DNA of 64,000 nt from Blastocystis sp. subtype 4 (Eukaryota), in NCBI RefSeq assembly GCF_000743755.1, contig NW_014569543.1:1-64000 (forward strand), read 5' to 3'. Shown one piece after another: positions 12,801-26,264 of the stretch. The position numbers and the translations under genes are program-made. The notes below the pieces were generated by a model. The model saw only the letters and a program-made list of their open reading frames with translations, was not told where the DNA came from and did not search any database. How positions within the stretch are numbered: position 1 is the first letter of the stretch; each line of letters opens with the position of its first letter.

Positions 12801-15800
12801 GTCTCTCTGGCGATCCATCCTCCTATACAGACTTTCAGAACGCAATCACACGTCTCTTTGTGGAGTCGCCTAAGCCTCTCAATATCAACCTCACTGCCTC
12901 ATTTCTTAGTATTCTCTTCCATTCTGTTCATGACTTTCAGCAATGTACATCTTCAGAGCGTGCTTGGGATAGTCATTACTTCATTGGTCTGCGTAACTGT
13001 ATGGGAGTTGGAGCACAGTATTGTATTGAAAATGATGGAGGTGTGAACCATTTTCAGAAGGAGAATGAATGTGAACTGAATGAGGAGCAACTGGATGAAG
13101 AGTTGTTTGGAGGTCTTGGTATTGTACAGTCATCTCAAGGAGAAGGAACGTATTGGATTGAAATCCATGCTCTGGAGCCTCATATTCGTGTTTACGATTC
13201 AATTCCTTTTGTTCGTAATTCCAGAAATCCGAAGTTTTCAAGTCAGGAATATGAGTTGAAGGAGGGTTCAGAAGGTCTACTATTTCCTGTGTGTTCGTTT
13301 CTCGATTCCTCTCAGAATCTAGTGACTGTTCTTGTAGAAAGCAGATCTCAATTCGATCTTTGGACGGAGTACTTGAAACAAGGACTAATTACACCGCTCA
13401 TGATCGATCCACGATCCATAGAAGATGAATGGAACTATCAACCTCTTCCAGCCACAGGAGATGTTATTTCAACTACACTTCCAGCTCATCCCTCACTTTC
13501 TCTTCTCTATTTCCATCAGTCCTATCGGAAAGTCCCTCCACGTATGATTACTATTCAATTCGATAATATGCCATCGTTTCCATTAGAAGTGGATCGATTT
13601 CAGTCTGTTGGTGTTGAGTTGAAAGGACCTGAACAGGAATTCCGGATCATGATTGAAGCAAGTGTTGAGAGAGGAATGAAAGTATTAACACTTTCGACTC
13701 CTGTGAAGATCACCAATACTACAAATCGACCTCTATTGTGTGCCTTTGGAAAAGACTCTTCCAGTCCTCTCACATCCTTACAGCCGAACCATTCCATTTG
13801 GGGATCAGAGCAAGTCCAAGGAGGATTTGTACTGGGGTCTCAAAGACGATTTATTGATAGAAGTCGGATTGAGAAGGAACTTGCAACAGGTGTTGTGAAT
13901 ATGGGAAATGAGTTTGTTATGGTAAAGGAAACAGTCTATTCGGTTCCTCTTCTTTCTCATCCATGTCGCACTCTTCCTTGCTATCATCTCATTCTCTCGG
14001 ATATTCTAACATTAGAGAATCTACTTCCAGAATCTCTCGAGTTTCAGATTATAACTCCAGAAGGAAGAGTTGTCACCGAGAATGTTGTTAAGCCTGGGAG
14101 TGTTCAGAGAGTCACAACATGTCGATTCTCCAAGAAGGAAGGTCTTCGTGTGAGTCTTCGTCTTGTGACTGAGTCGTTTGAATTTAGTTCGTATGACAAC
14201 TCAATCAACCCAACCCTCTCCCAACCTAATGGAACTTGCCTTCTTGTAAACAGAGAGACTGGTATTCAGTTACGACTTCATTATGAGTTTACTCATTCGA
14301 AACAGGGAACATGGAACCTCCAACTCTATTGCAAATACTGGATCATGAACAAAACTGGGGATGATCTGATTCTGGCGGATGCTGGAAATTCTTCCTATTG
14401 CTTCTTTGCTCCAGGGTATCCTGTGGATGTTAAGACAGAGAATGAGACTTTATGGAATGAAGAGATGCTTCTTCAACCTATCTTGTTCAGTGTATGTGAG
14501 GATGGAAAGAAAGAGGAGGCAAAAGTGATGCTGCAAGGAGATTATTTATGGTCACAACCATTCAGTATCAATACACAAGGAATGAGGGGCGAATGTATTG
14601 TACGAGGGAGATCAGAAGGGGAACGGGAACATTGTTTTGCTGTGGTAATTAGCAGAGCTCCAGGAATCTTTGCTCGTTCTCTTGTTGTAACACTTACTCC
14701 CTTGTATATCCTCATGAATGAACTTCCACAACTCATTCGAATTCGACAGGAAGATACGCTTGAGAATGTAGTACTTCAACCACATTCATCAACTCCCTAT
14801 CACTGGACATCACTCTCGTCACCTCGTTCGATTCAACTCCTTCTCGACTCCTATGCATGGTCATCTCCATTTCCTCTGGTTCCTGGTCACTATTCTCTGG
14901 CTCTTCATTCTCCTGTAATGGATCCAGTTACGACATCTGCTCATCTTTTCCTTCCTCCTTTTGACCCTGTTACAAATCCTCAGAGTGTTCTCCAGATTGA
15001 TGTGATGGCAGTTGAAGCCCAATGTCTCGTTTTTCTTCGTCAGATTTCACCCAAGTTCATTTCAGTTTGTGTCAGTAATGATACGCTCATAGAAACCATT
15101 ACGATCTGTCAGAATGGAGCTTTATTTGACTCTGCAGTATCACTTCCACCATTGTCTTCACGTATGTTGGCATTCTCATTCATTGAATCTGATCCATCAT
15201 TCCTTGTCTTTTCTCGAGATGTTGGAACTTTTGTTACTCCTGCTTCCTTCACTCCTGTATTCCTTGCATCCCTCTCTCGTCCTGGTCATCTTGGTGAATT
15301 CACAGTTTCAACCGACTCTGGTCTTGATGTAGTAGTGTCAGTTGATGTCTTGATGCATCACAGCACCCACATCCTGGTCTTTAAGAGTGTTTCAGTGGAT
15401 CAACAGAATTCAGAACGTCATTGGCTTCTTCTGAAACGAAATTTACTTCTTGAAGACCTTCATCAGACAAAGGAGTCTTTGATCAAGTATGCTAATGTGC
15501 ATTCTGCCTCATCCTCGGTACGAACCTCCTTCCTAGACTTCCAGTTCATCCAATCATCTTGTTGTGCATTGAATCAACACATTCATTATCGTTTTGAAGC
15601 AGTTGCTGGAGAGAATCAGCTTGGAGGATGTGAGACTGAAGGTGTGCTAGGTGTTGTGATGGAACGAATGATTGTTCCAGCAGAATCTGTTGTCAAGATA
15701 CGAGTAACGCTATGGAACGATGAGATTGAACAAGTTGGTGAAGGAATATTGAATCTGAAGGACTATCTTACTGTTGATCGTCTGATGGAAGTGTGTGTAC

Positions 15801-18800
15801 CTTGTATTGATCGACAAGGTAGATGGTTGTGTGAGATGCGAGTGACTGTGATGAACACTCTCTTTCTTGATGTTTCTGCTAAGACCTATCACCTACTCAC
15901 TCTCCAACAACTGTATGATGAGATTGAAAATATACTCGAGCGTTGTTCTTATGAATGGAAACTTGCAACATGGCAGAAGGAGAATGAGTCACATATCCTT
16001 CGAGCTATTGGATCCGGTCTTTATCGTTCTCAATCACAATCAGCTTGGATGATGGGATCATCTGATTACCACTTCTCTGTAATGCTCCACTCATTGAAGC
16101 GACTTCCCGTATCCTTGGGAGTTATCAAAGGACTCTTTGCTCTCGTCACAGTTGGAAGTGTCACATTACGAACTCCTCTCTGCTCGGATGTCTCTCCAGA
16201 CTCTGACATTCATGACACTCCTACAGTAAGACTTCGATGGCGTCATGCTGACTCAGATTGTGTGTTGATGGAACATGAGAAGACTCTCGTTGTGAGTCAG
16301 ATAGCACACAACTCCCTTGTGTATATGGAGGGGTTAAGAGTAGGCCATCGACTGATTCGAGTGAATGGCATGGAACCTCCTAAGACTGTTGCTGCATTCA
16401 CATCGCTCCTCAACAGTGATTCCTCCGAAAAGGTTCTCGAATTTGCATTTCCTCAAGACACTTTGTTCGTTCAATATGCATTCAATCAGAAGTTGGTGTT
16501 TCCCACAGGAATCACATCGAAGACATCCACCTTCTCTGTTAGTGTGTATGAGGAGGAGGATCAACTAGAAGACAGGTTATTGTTCACACAGTCATTTCCC
16601 ATCTCTCACGAAGAGGATTCAGAGATAAGTGTGTTGATTGCAAATGAGTCCTGTTTGTGTCTGGAAACATCGTGGGAATGCAAAAGTCAGGAACAAGAAT
16701 TGATGTCTGTCAGTCTTCAAATGGATTTCAATGGATTAGGAGTTTCCCTTGTAGATAAGAATCCTCAAGAATTGATGTATTTAAGTATGACAGAAATCGA
16801 AGGCATTTTTGCCTTGACAGAACATGGTCAGACTATGTGTTCTATGAAAATTCAATCTCTCCAAATTGACAATCAGTGTACTGAATCGACTTTTCCTGTG
16901 CTTCTCAGTTGTCCTTCATCGGATTGGTTATCAGTTACTGTTGTGTTGAGTGCTCATCCTTCTGTGTTGTGTGTAGAAGGAGTGGATGTGAGGATGCAAG
17001 ACTGTAATGTGAGTGTGGAATCATCTTTGTTAACATCGCTCATTCAGTTGATTCGTGATCTGCCTTGGGATGTGTCTTCATCATCACAGAAGGAATGGCT
17101 TCTGTTCCTCCAACAGGATCGTCGATTTGTACAGTAATCATAAAATACTGGTTGATTATCATAGATCTCTGATCATACCAAATGTACCTTTATCTACCTC
17201 GTCTCTCTATGCTGCCTTCTTCCGTATCCAGAGTCTTGTAATCACACTGACGTGTAAGATGGATCCAACTCGTCCTGTAACCTCCTTCCTTCTCTCCTCT
17301 CCATGTGTCACATCTCTCCAAGCATGGATTGACACAGCGATGACGATGATAGGAAACACAGACAATGCATCTATCCAGCTGAATGGACTATTGCTTCAAA
17401 ATGTCTTTTTATCTCCTCAGGAACTCCTTCAGCGTCTAGGTAATCATTACCTTCGACAAATCCTAGGCCAGTTGTATAAGATTCTCGGCTCTATCACCAT
17501 CCTCGGTAATCCAGTGGGTCTGTTGGATAGTGTGGGTTCGGGTATGAAAGCATTTTTCACAGAACCAGCTCAGGGTCTTGCAAATGGACCAATGGAGTTT
17601 ATTGATGGAATTGGGAAGGGAACGAAGGCATTAGTGATGAACACTGTCTATGGGGTTTGCAATTCAGTGAGTAACATCACAGGAACCCTAGGTAATGGGT
17701 TATCATCTCTGACCATGAATGAAGAGTATCAGACACAGAGAGCTGCTGGGAAGAGTTCTCTGCTGTATGGAGTGAAAGAAGGAGTAACTGGAGTTGTGAA
17801 GGATACTGTGAATGGAGCGAGAATGAATGGTCTGTTAGGTGCATTGAAGGGAACAGGAAAAGGTTTGGCTGGACTGATGTTGAAGCCAGTAACAGGTGCT
17901 CTGGATGATACAACTCGACTGATCGAAGGAGTCAAGAGTGTAACACACCTAAGGCATACAGTGGAACGAATACGCCCTCCTCGATACATCTATCCTGATG
18001 GTGTGATTACTTCATATTGTCAGCATCTTGCCGAAGGTCAACTGATCTTCCGTCAATGCATTGCTTCCTCCTCTTTAGAGGTTCATGATTGTTACCTCAT
18101 TCACATCTTTGACAATCAGCAAAATATCCTTCTTCTCACACAACGAAGTATATCACTCATTACTCCTTCTTTGTCTGTACTTTGGACAATATCACACAAA
18201 GATTTGATACGAATTGATCACGAATTTAACATCCTTCGCTTTCTCATTCATGATCATGATAATGTAGTGATTGTTCCATCTCAAGACATTGCTTATCACG
18301 TTTGCATCCTTGTAGACCTCCTTCGGAGTAATCGTATTCCAGAGACTGTTCCAATTATCAAACAGATCGCTACTGTATATGGTGAGGTCGTAACTGATGA
18401 AGATTACGAATGGAATGATCGGGTTAAGGAACAGCTCGATCGATGTTCTTTTGATGAATCTCCATCTCCTATTCTGCATCCGAATACTCCCGTTGATATT
18501 GAGAATCTGAATCCAGAGTCTGCAGTGATTGGAAGATGGCATCAAAATTCGGAGTTGACAAAATCGGGTCGATATTCACACACATTTGAAGTATTTGAAA
18601 TTGTGGTTACGAGTGGAATGGTCACATGGGAGGTACATCGTAGATATAGTGATTTTTTGTATACGTTTTGATAACAATTAATGAGTAGATTTGTTCACAA
18701 GTGTATGATAAAGGAAAGAGGACGAGGAGTTGTGATTGGATTGAAGTTACCTCCAAAACATATTGATGTATTACGTAACATTAACAAGAGATTGTTCGAT

Positions 18801-18926
18801 AGTCGGATTCAGGGCTTGAATCGGTATTTGCGGATTCTTGTAAAACGTCCTGATTTGTTGGAGATGGATTGTGTTCAGAATTTCCTGAAGTCGGATCCAG
18901 TTTCATTTGGAAATTGCTGTGATTGA
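6876..18926 (+). CDS. VPS13: VPS13-family lipid transfer protein with PDZ-like and C-terminal PX domains
   Basis: Chorein-N start MFEDLVSSLLSTYLGDYLEG; VAB-type motifs (WEPVVEPW, YWIMNKTG); VPS13_C/ATG2_C LYKILGSITILGNPVG; PX motif WEVHRRYSDF...LPPK; one ~9.6-kb central exon. Confidence 0.93.
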
Positions 18927-18967
18927 TTTTCTCCTTTTATTGGGTTTGTTCAAAATCACGTTTTTCG

Positions 18968-20104
18968 ATGTTGAGAGTCGTAAAGCCTTTGATTGCTGCA
19001 ACGTATGGATGCTTCCAATCTGGATTCTCATCACCTAGTACTCTGCAGTGGCGTTGTTTTGCATCAACTGCAACACCAAGTAAAAAGTATCCAAATCGTC
19101 AAGTACCATATTCTTCGGATGTATTTCATCCAATAGTATTATTCTCCCATGCAAGCGATTAACGGTGTGCGAAATTGTGCCGTGTCCAAGTTTGATGAGA
19201 CATTGGAGGTTACAGCAAATCTTAATATCGATCCTAAGAAAACAAACGTGATTATTCGTGGACTTCTTTCGGTATGCGTCCATGGGTCACCTAATGCAAT
19301 AGCTTCCTCACGGAACTGGAAAGCATCCTCGAATTTGTGTTTTGGCGGAAGGAAAGTATGCCTCCGATGCCCAGGAAGCTGGTGCAGACCGTGTGGGTTT
19401 GGATGAGATCATCAACGAAATTAAGGGTGGAAAGATCGATTTCGATATTCTTCTTACGGCTCCTAGGTTTGTTCCTCGATTAGCTCCAGTGGCTCGAGTA
19501 AGTCTGTTCATATCATTTGAAATAGATCCTTGGACCCAAAAAATTGATGCCCTCAACTCGAAATGGAACTGTGTCAAATGATCTTCCTCATGCTATTCGC
19601 GATGCGCTGCGTGGTGTAACAGAGATTAAGCCCGATAAGTCAGCTGCAATTCGTACAGGGATTGGCAAGTTATCGTTCACAAACGAGCAATTGTATGATA
19701 ATCTGAAAGAGTTCATTGTGGTTCTATTTCCTTCTCCTAATACCTAGATCACTCTGAGCTCTATCAAGCCACCTACTGTAAAGAAGTTTGTAAACTCAGT
19801 ATGCATCTGTTCCACGCATGGTCCTTCTTTCTTTTTGGATACGCGATTCATCACTCCTGGAAGATACTTCTTTAATGAGGAATTAGCGGATTCTTCAGTA
19901 GTGATTCCAGAGAGGAAGAAGAAGTTGTCGACACGAAAGCGACATGCATTGAAAGCCGCGGAAAGAGAAAAGGAGGAAGTGACTGAGGGAGAAATGAAGG
20001 ATACTACAACTGAAGGAGAAACAAAGAATCCTGCGACTGAAGGAGAAACAAAAGTGATTACCACCGATGTTGAAACAAAGGCCACTTTAACAGCTACTGA
20101 ATAG
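18968..20104 (+). CDS. MRPL1: Mitochondrial ribosomal protein uL1m
   Basis: Presequence-like N-terminus; KFDETLEV, LPHGTGK, ILGPKKLMPSTRNGTV and GIGKLSF motifs across short introns; TGTTTGTT at 20122. Confidence 0.88.
19981..20090 (+). repeat. ~27-nt coding tandem repeat in the uL1m tail
   Basis: TEGEMKDTT/TEGETKNPA/TEGETKVIT/TDVETKATL. Confidence 0.6.
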
Positions 20105-20184
20105 TGTTTTTAGGGATAATGTGTTTGTTGGGATCCCCCAAACTGGATTATCTGATTGCGAACTTTATCTATTTCTCGTCTAGA

Positions 20185-21899
20185 ATGAATGGAATGTGGA
20201 CCCGGTACCAGAAACTAGTCGAACAGTATACAATTGTGAAAGAAAATGTATTAATTGATTTGTAGGCTACTCGACTAGAAATGAACCAAAAGTATGGTAT
20301 TGCAGTTACTGCATACTATAACTTTGTGTGCACTGGATTACTATTTGCAGAGGAATATCGAAGTATGTGTTAAACGGAAAGGTAATCTTGAGATGAGCTA
20401 CCTCCAACGCACTACGAATCCATGAAATCATGTCTAAAAGATGCAAACCAGCGAATGGAACGCCTAAAACAACAAGGATATGAACCTATGATTGAGTCGC
20501 CGAAGGTGACGATTCAAGAACCTGCCCCAGCTCTTCCATTGCGCCCGACATGTTCTAGTAATAAAAAGGCACCACCTGCTCCTTTGCCTCCCAAACCACC
20601 CAAAGTGGCTCCAGGAGAAACAGTTGTATCTGTCGAAGTAACAGGAAAACCAATGGATGTTGTATATGAGTTTGGGATTGAAGAGATGATTACATGTAGT
20701 CTGAATGACCCCTATGAGAAGAATGTGGTAGAAACCATTTTAGACATATCCTACACACTTGCTTCTATCAGATTCCTTTACGTAACTCCTCTCCAAGTGT
20801 GAAGTGGGAAGACATTGCTGGAATGAAGTATGCTAAGAAGGTTTTATATGAAGTATGGACTCAAGTAAACTCATTCCCAGACCGTAATTCTTCCATCGAA
20901 ACGTCCAGATTTGTTCACAGGTCTGCGAGCTCCTCCTAAAGGAATTCTCCTTTTCGGTCCTCCAGGCACAGGTAAAACGATGCTTGGAAAGGCAGTGGCT
21001 ACAGAATCTAATGCCTTGTTCTTCAGCATCTCATCCTCATCACTAACCAGCAAGTGGGTAGGAGAGAGTGAAAAGATTGTTAGAGCATTGTTTAAGTTGA
21101 ATTTGAATTAGTGTGTGATGTAGAGTGGCTTACAAGAACCAACCCTCAATCATTTTTATTGATGAGATAGATTCCATCCTAACTGCTCGATCGTACTTCA
21201 AGTGGGAGGTTTAAACTGTAGGGAGAATGAAAATGAAGCAAGCAGACGACTCAAAACTGAATTCCTGATCCAGTTAGATGGTGCTGCCACCAATGGAGAA
21301 GAACGTGTGTTGATTATGGGAGCTACAAATCGTCCTTTTGAACTCGATGATGCTGTGATTCGTCGAATGGCTCGTCGTGTATATGTAGGTATATCCACGG
21401 GAATGTAAGATAGATTCCTCTTCCGGATAAACGCACTCGTTTTGAGTTATTTAAGATTCTGTTGAAGAAACAGAAATGTGATTTGAGTAAAGAAGACATG
21501 CAGAAGATTTTGGACATGAGTAACATGTACTCAGGTTCAGATATCAAAGTACTTTGTAAGGAAGCTGCAATGGGTCCTGTAATGGAATATTGGTTGTATT
21601 ACGTAGATCCGTGAGATTGATGATTTGATGAGTGTGGAAAACTCCAAGATTCGACCTATTCAGTTAAAGGATTTTATTGAGGCGTTCAAAGTGGTAGAGA
21701 TGAGGAGATTGTTTGAGAATAGTGTACTCCTTCTGTAAATCCGAATTCCCTAAAGCAGTATATCTCATGGAATGAGTAGGAGTTGGAGAGTAAGTTTAGA
21801 AATAGATCCTTTGGATCGAAGGGAGAAGACACAGAAGGTGGAGATGACGTAGATATCTCATCGATCTCATCTGAGCAAAGCAAATGTAAATCGTATTAG
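20185..21899 (+). CDS. Spastin/fidgetin-like AAA ATPase
   Basis: [58 protein letters not shown]; helical MIT-like N-terminus; one intron is AT-AC. Confidence 0.9.
20746..20786 (+). other. U12-type AT-AC intron (41 nt)
   Basis: 5' ATATCCT, branch-like TTCCTTTAC, 3' AC. Removing it joins ETILD to [12 protein letters not shown] in frame. Confidence 0.85.
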
Positions 21900-22119
21900 T
21901 TATTTCTTGTGGTTTCTGGTTCTTTTTTCAGATTGTTTGTTGGAAATGTGGAGATCCTTGTATAGAAAGGATCACTGGTCGTGAGAGTTCCACAAGTTCC
22001 AAACTCCGAAGTCAAGTTTATTTTCGATTGTGATTAACTTTGTAATCGATATACTGGTTTGGAGAGCCTCTGTTTCTTTGATTGTATCCATTCTATGAGT
22101 GTTTGTTAGATCTAGTCAA

Positions 22120-23105
22120 ATGAAAACGGCGAAGGAAGGAAGTCATCAAGGAATTCAGACCTGTCATTTATGTGGTAAAGTTCAGTGTGGTCAACGTTTG
22201 GGACGTGTTAAATGTGCTTATTGTTCCCGTATATTCTGTTTACAACAACTGCAACGCAAATTTGGAATCATTGCAACGGCAAATGATCCATGTTTCAAGT
22301 GTCCGAGATGCACTGGAGTCTGCTGTTGTATGTGTAACTGTCAGCGCCCTCCACCTCATGTCCATTGTAAAGTGTATAAAGTGCGTCAAAACAAAGTAAG
22401 ACTGAGAATCTACTTTAATGAAAGGAGAATCCAGCAAACAAAAAGCGTGCTGAAAAGGATCCTGATGTGGTGTATCCCGCTCTAGCAACTGCAATTCCAC
22501 TTAAGAAGGAAGTACCGATTCCAGAAAGTGTTGTGAAGGTCGAGACACAGAGGCAAGTACATCCAGAAATGAGTTTAGCAACCATGCCACGAATCCCTTC
22601 ATTGACCATCATGGATTCCTGTCTTGTTCAGCCAACTCGAGATGACTCCGGTAAACAGGTTGAGGGTTCCAATTGGGATGGTTTCCAGTCAGGTTGGGGA
22701 GATGCACCTAATGTTTGGAATGACAGTACAACTGACATTCCAGGAAGTATTATTAATTCAATCTGGTTATGAATAGTTCAAAATAGCGATTGGCTCACAC
22801 AGTTGAATTTGACAATTCTCGACAACACTCAACAGCCAACTGCCACTTATCCTTCTTCTATAACTGAAGCTACTGAAGTCACAGATCGTATCTGTATGCT
22901 TTATCATTGATATTTAGCCTCTATTCCTTCACATTTAAGTCTGTCAGAAACACTTCGGATGTACTTTGAGACATATGGAGATCCATCAGATTTTACTCGC
23001 TCAACAATTATATCCTTGAGAACCCATCAGAGTGATTCCTTTATTGCAGGAGAAACAGATTCTGGAACGTGTAGAAGTGATGCAAGTGAAAGCGGGGAAG
23101 TGTGA
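22120..23105 (+). CDS. zf-4CXXC_R1-like (CDCA7-type) zinc finger protein
   Basis: TCHLCGK...KCAYCSRIFC...CPRCTGVCCCMCNC followed by a low-complexity tail. Confidence 0.65.
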
Positions 23106-23118
23106 TGTTCTATTCAAA

Positions 23119-23927
23119 ATGTTGGATTCATTCAATCAGAACTCACTTCATGTGACAGTTACATGGAGGTTAATTCACAATATTGGAGGTAGATTTTTCT
23201 CCTTCACCATACTGATTAGAGAATTGTATTAATGGAAGTGTATTCCCTGGATTGTATACAATTATCAAGCATTATCCTTCTATTCTCTTCACATTGGGAA
23301 GTACTACTGACTACTCGGATAATGCTGAAACTTCTCCAAATGGCAAAATTAGTTCGTTATTTGGATTGTCAATTATTGATAGTAATTACTTTTTTGAACA
23401 CTAGTACAGTAATTGGTATCAAGCCATTATGTACGAGTGTAGCGCTAATGGATAATTGTTTCCGTCGCTTTGCTGAAGTAGAGGTAAGTGAATCATGGTC
23501 TCATGGTAATCAGACTTGGACCGCTATTGGCAACATTGATACGTAAGAATGAGACAAAAAAATCATTGTTAGAAAGAAGCTAAAAGAGATGATTACTTTT
23601 GGAGAGAATGCCGAACGTATTCTGGCTCAAGCGGCAAATCCTTGTCGAATCTGTGTGAGTATGAATCTTCAGAATGATGCAAATTACTTTGAGAAGCTTC
23701 CCCTGCTTTCTGTGATCTTAAAACGTGTTGTTTCTGAGTATCCAGATGTTGTGTTCACTTTGTATCGAATGTCTTGTCAAAATCATATGGTGAATTGTGT
23801 GGTGGAATTCAGCGAAACGAAGAACTGGGTGAGTATCATCAATTCGTATGAAGCTAATATTGTCGTGTGGGAGTATAAGGAAGATTCGAAAGATGAAAAG
23901 AATTACCAGTTGTTACTGGATTTATAA
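23119..23927 (+). CDS. Hypothetical protein
   Basis: Exons joinable by ~30-nt introns; stop at 23927, then TGTTTGTT at 23976. Confidence 0.5.
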
Positions 23928-24017
23928 CTTCTTGTGTAGTTATGTTCATTTACTTTTTCTGTGCATCTATCGTTGTGTTTGTTGAAAAGATCGTATTAAC
24001 AAGAACGAGGGATTATC

Positions 24018-26069
24018 ATGAATATTAGTTATTAATGATCACTGCTCACATAGTCTGATAGTATTGATTATCAACAATCACTATACATACATTCCTAGAA
24101 AACTGAAAGTGAGATGAAAGAGGGTTTTCTTGTTCATCCCCCTTATGAGGATGTATTTGAATACGATGACTATTCGACTCTTAACTCAATTCTGAAGAAT
24201 GGACAAGTACATCAATGAAGTTACTTCCAGAGTAGATACATGAACTCGATCAAGACGATTCTGTTGTTTTCCTACACAACAATCGTTTAATCATTAGGGA
24301 CCTGTTCTTTGCTTTCCAGGACATTCGGCCCTATCCTGTTATTACCATGTGTAAAAAAAAGACAATTGTGTGTTGGTATCAAGGATTTGGTTGTTCGATT
24401 CCCTACTACACATCCACTCCGATTTATGGGCTCCTTTCTTCCTTTTTTGCTGTTAGTTGTTGTTGCAATCGACCATGAGTAGGTTTACCCAGATCAGAGT
24501 GTATGTGATCTTTCTCTTCTATATGTTCGCGATAATGTAGGCCACATCTATACCAGCGAGTATATAATCCCCTTTGAGGGATTTAAAGAAGGAGTGATGT
24601 TGACTCTATTTGCTACAGACGATGAGATTATAAAATCTCCAAAACCTGATAATGCAGCTGTTGGAATCTCAGTGACCGTACGAAGTGATTTCTGTTCCAA
24701 GGAGATTATCCTCGACATGACTCCTGTTTCAATGCTCATTCGGACGATTGTCAAGTGTTATCTTGATGTTAGTACAGTTGGACTGATTCACATCTAGGTG
24801 ATGATCAAAGATGTTCATTGTATAGATGAGACAGATTGCAATGTATTTTTGAACGAAATGGAACGTGAATTGGATTTGAATTCAACCTTGGAGAAGAACA
24901 TGATAGATTATCCATGCTGTCTGTTGATTCAACGAAAGTTGTAATGTATTGTGCACAAGTCATATTTAGGGTTCAAAATCCCCATACTTCTAGAAAGACC
25001 AATAAACTAGTTGTTTGCTCGGATATAGTGACTGGAGAAACAGTGTATCTTACTTTGCGTTATATCAACATTCCAATCCTTCAAAATGCCATTCTTGTAA
25101 GTATCATGCTTTACCTGAATGAAAGGGACACTCAAAGTTACCGAATTCTGTCTTATTTTCCGCTTTTACTAGTGATGGAATTCCGATCCCTGAATCAGGA
25201 TTTAAAGAAGTGTCATGTGATGCTCCAACTTCCATTGTTTATTTCCGAGTATGGATGTTGACTGATGATCATCATCGTAGCATGTACTTGAATTGCCTCC
25301 TCCATTTACATTTCATTCAATGAAGAGTACAACTTGATTGATCTCATCACTATAGTTCTAAGTCAGATATCTCATGATTGCTTCATGATTGAGTTTAAGA
25401 AAACAGAAATGCAATTGTGGCTGAAGAATCTTAAGAATTACTGTGAGATCAACGCAGTGCATTGATTATAGGGACATTTACTGGTTCGTTACTTCCTATA
25501 CTTGACAAAGCATCCCATGAATCGTTTTTCTCCGATCTCCATATTGTTACCATTTCTTGTCGATCCTTGAGAAGTGAATGATACTAAGGTGGCTGTGAAA
25601 TGATTGAGACCTATCCAGCGCTTCCTGTAATGGGTGATGTCATTCTCAAAGCGTATTCATTATCGATCCCTTGTATTGATGGTGAAGGTGAATGATCAAT
25701 AGATAAATTCCTCCTAGCAGAAGGTGTGTATGCTCTTCTGACAATGCTAAGTGATAAGCAACGATTTCCCCAGTTACAACGAGTGATTGTAGATACAAGT
25801 TGACTTGTTCTGTGGAGGTAATATTCAGATCAGATGAACAAGAAAGAGAAAGACAATACGAAGAATATGCTCGTGACGTTGCGCTCTTTGTCGATAACTA
25901 CTGTGATGAAGTGATTGTGGTGCTAAGAAATTACAGGCAATATAGTAATTGTAGAGTGTATTCTTTGTTTGGAAACCACTTTTCTTCGTTGTGGCAATCA
26001 GTAGGAATCGATTGTATTGATTATCATACAATCTCGATCACTATACAACACTGGAATTTACAGAATTGA
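24018..26069 (+). CDS. Hypothetical multi-exon protein (start uncertain)
   Basis: Series of open exons separated by short GT-AG introns; no family recognised. Confidence 0.45.
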
Positions 26070-26264
26070 TTTCTTTCTGTTTGATGCTTTTGTGGTCGTT
26101 TGGGTTGTAATTTGGTTTATGAGAAGAAAGAGTCATTCGAATAGAAGAACCGTTATCTGTAGACCTGTTGATCTTTTGTGTCTTTTTTGTTATTTTGATT
26201 CTTCAAGACTGTAATATACGTGCAACGGCTTTTGCTTTCTCTGTTAGTTCGCTTGTTTCACTTC

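Noticed and set aside
7900..18550. Many short antisense and alternate-frame ORFs inside VPS13
   Set aside because: Shadow ORFs with no motifs or independent 3'-end signals.
24018..26069. Possible separated N-terminal half of CTC1
   Set aside because: No CTC1-like motifs recognised, and it is separated from the CTC1-like gene by two other genes.
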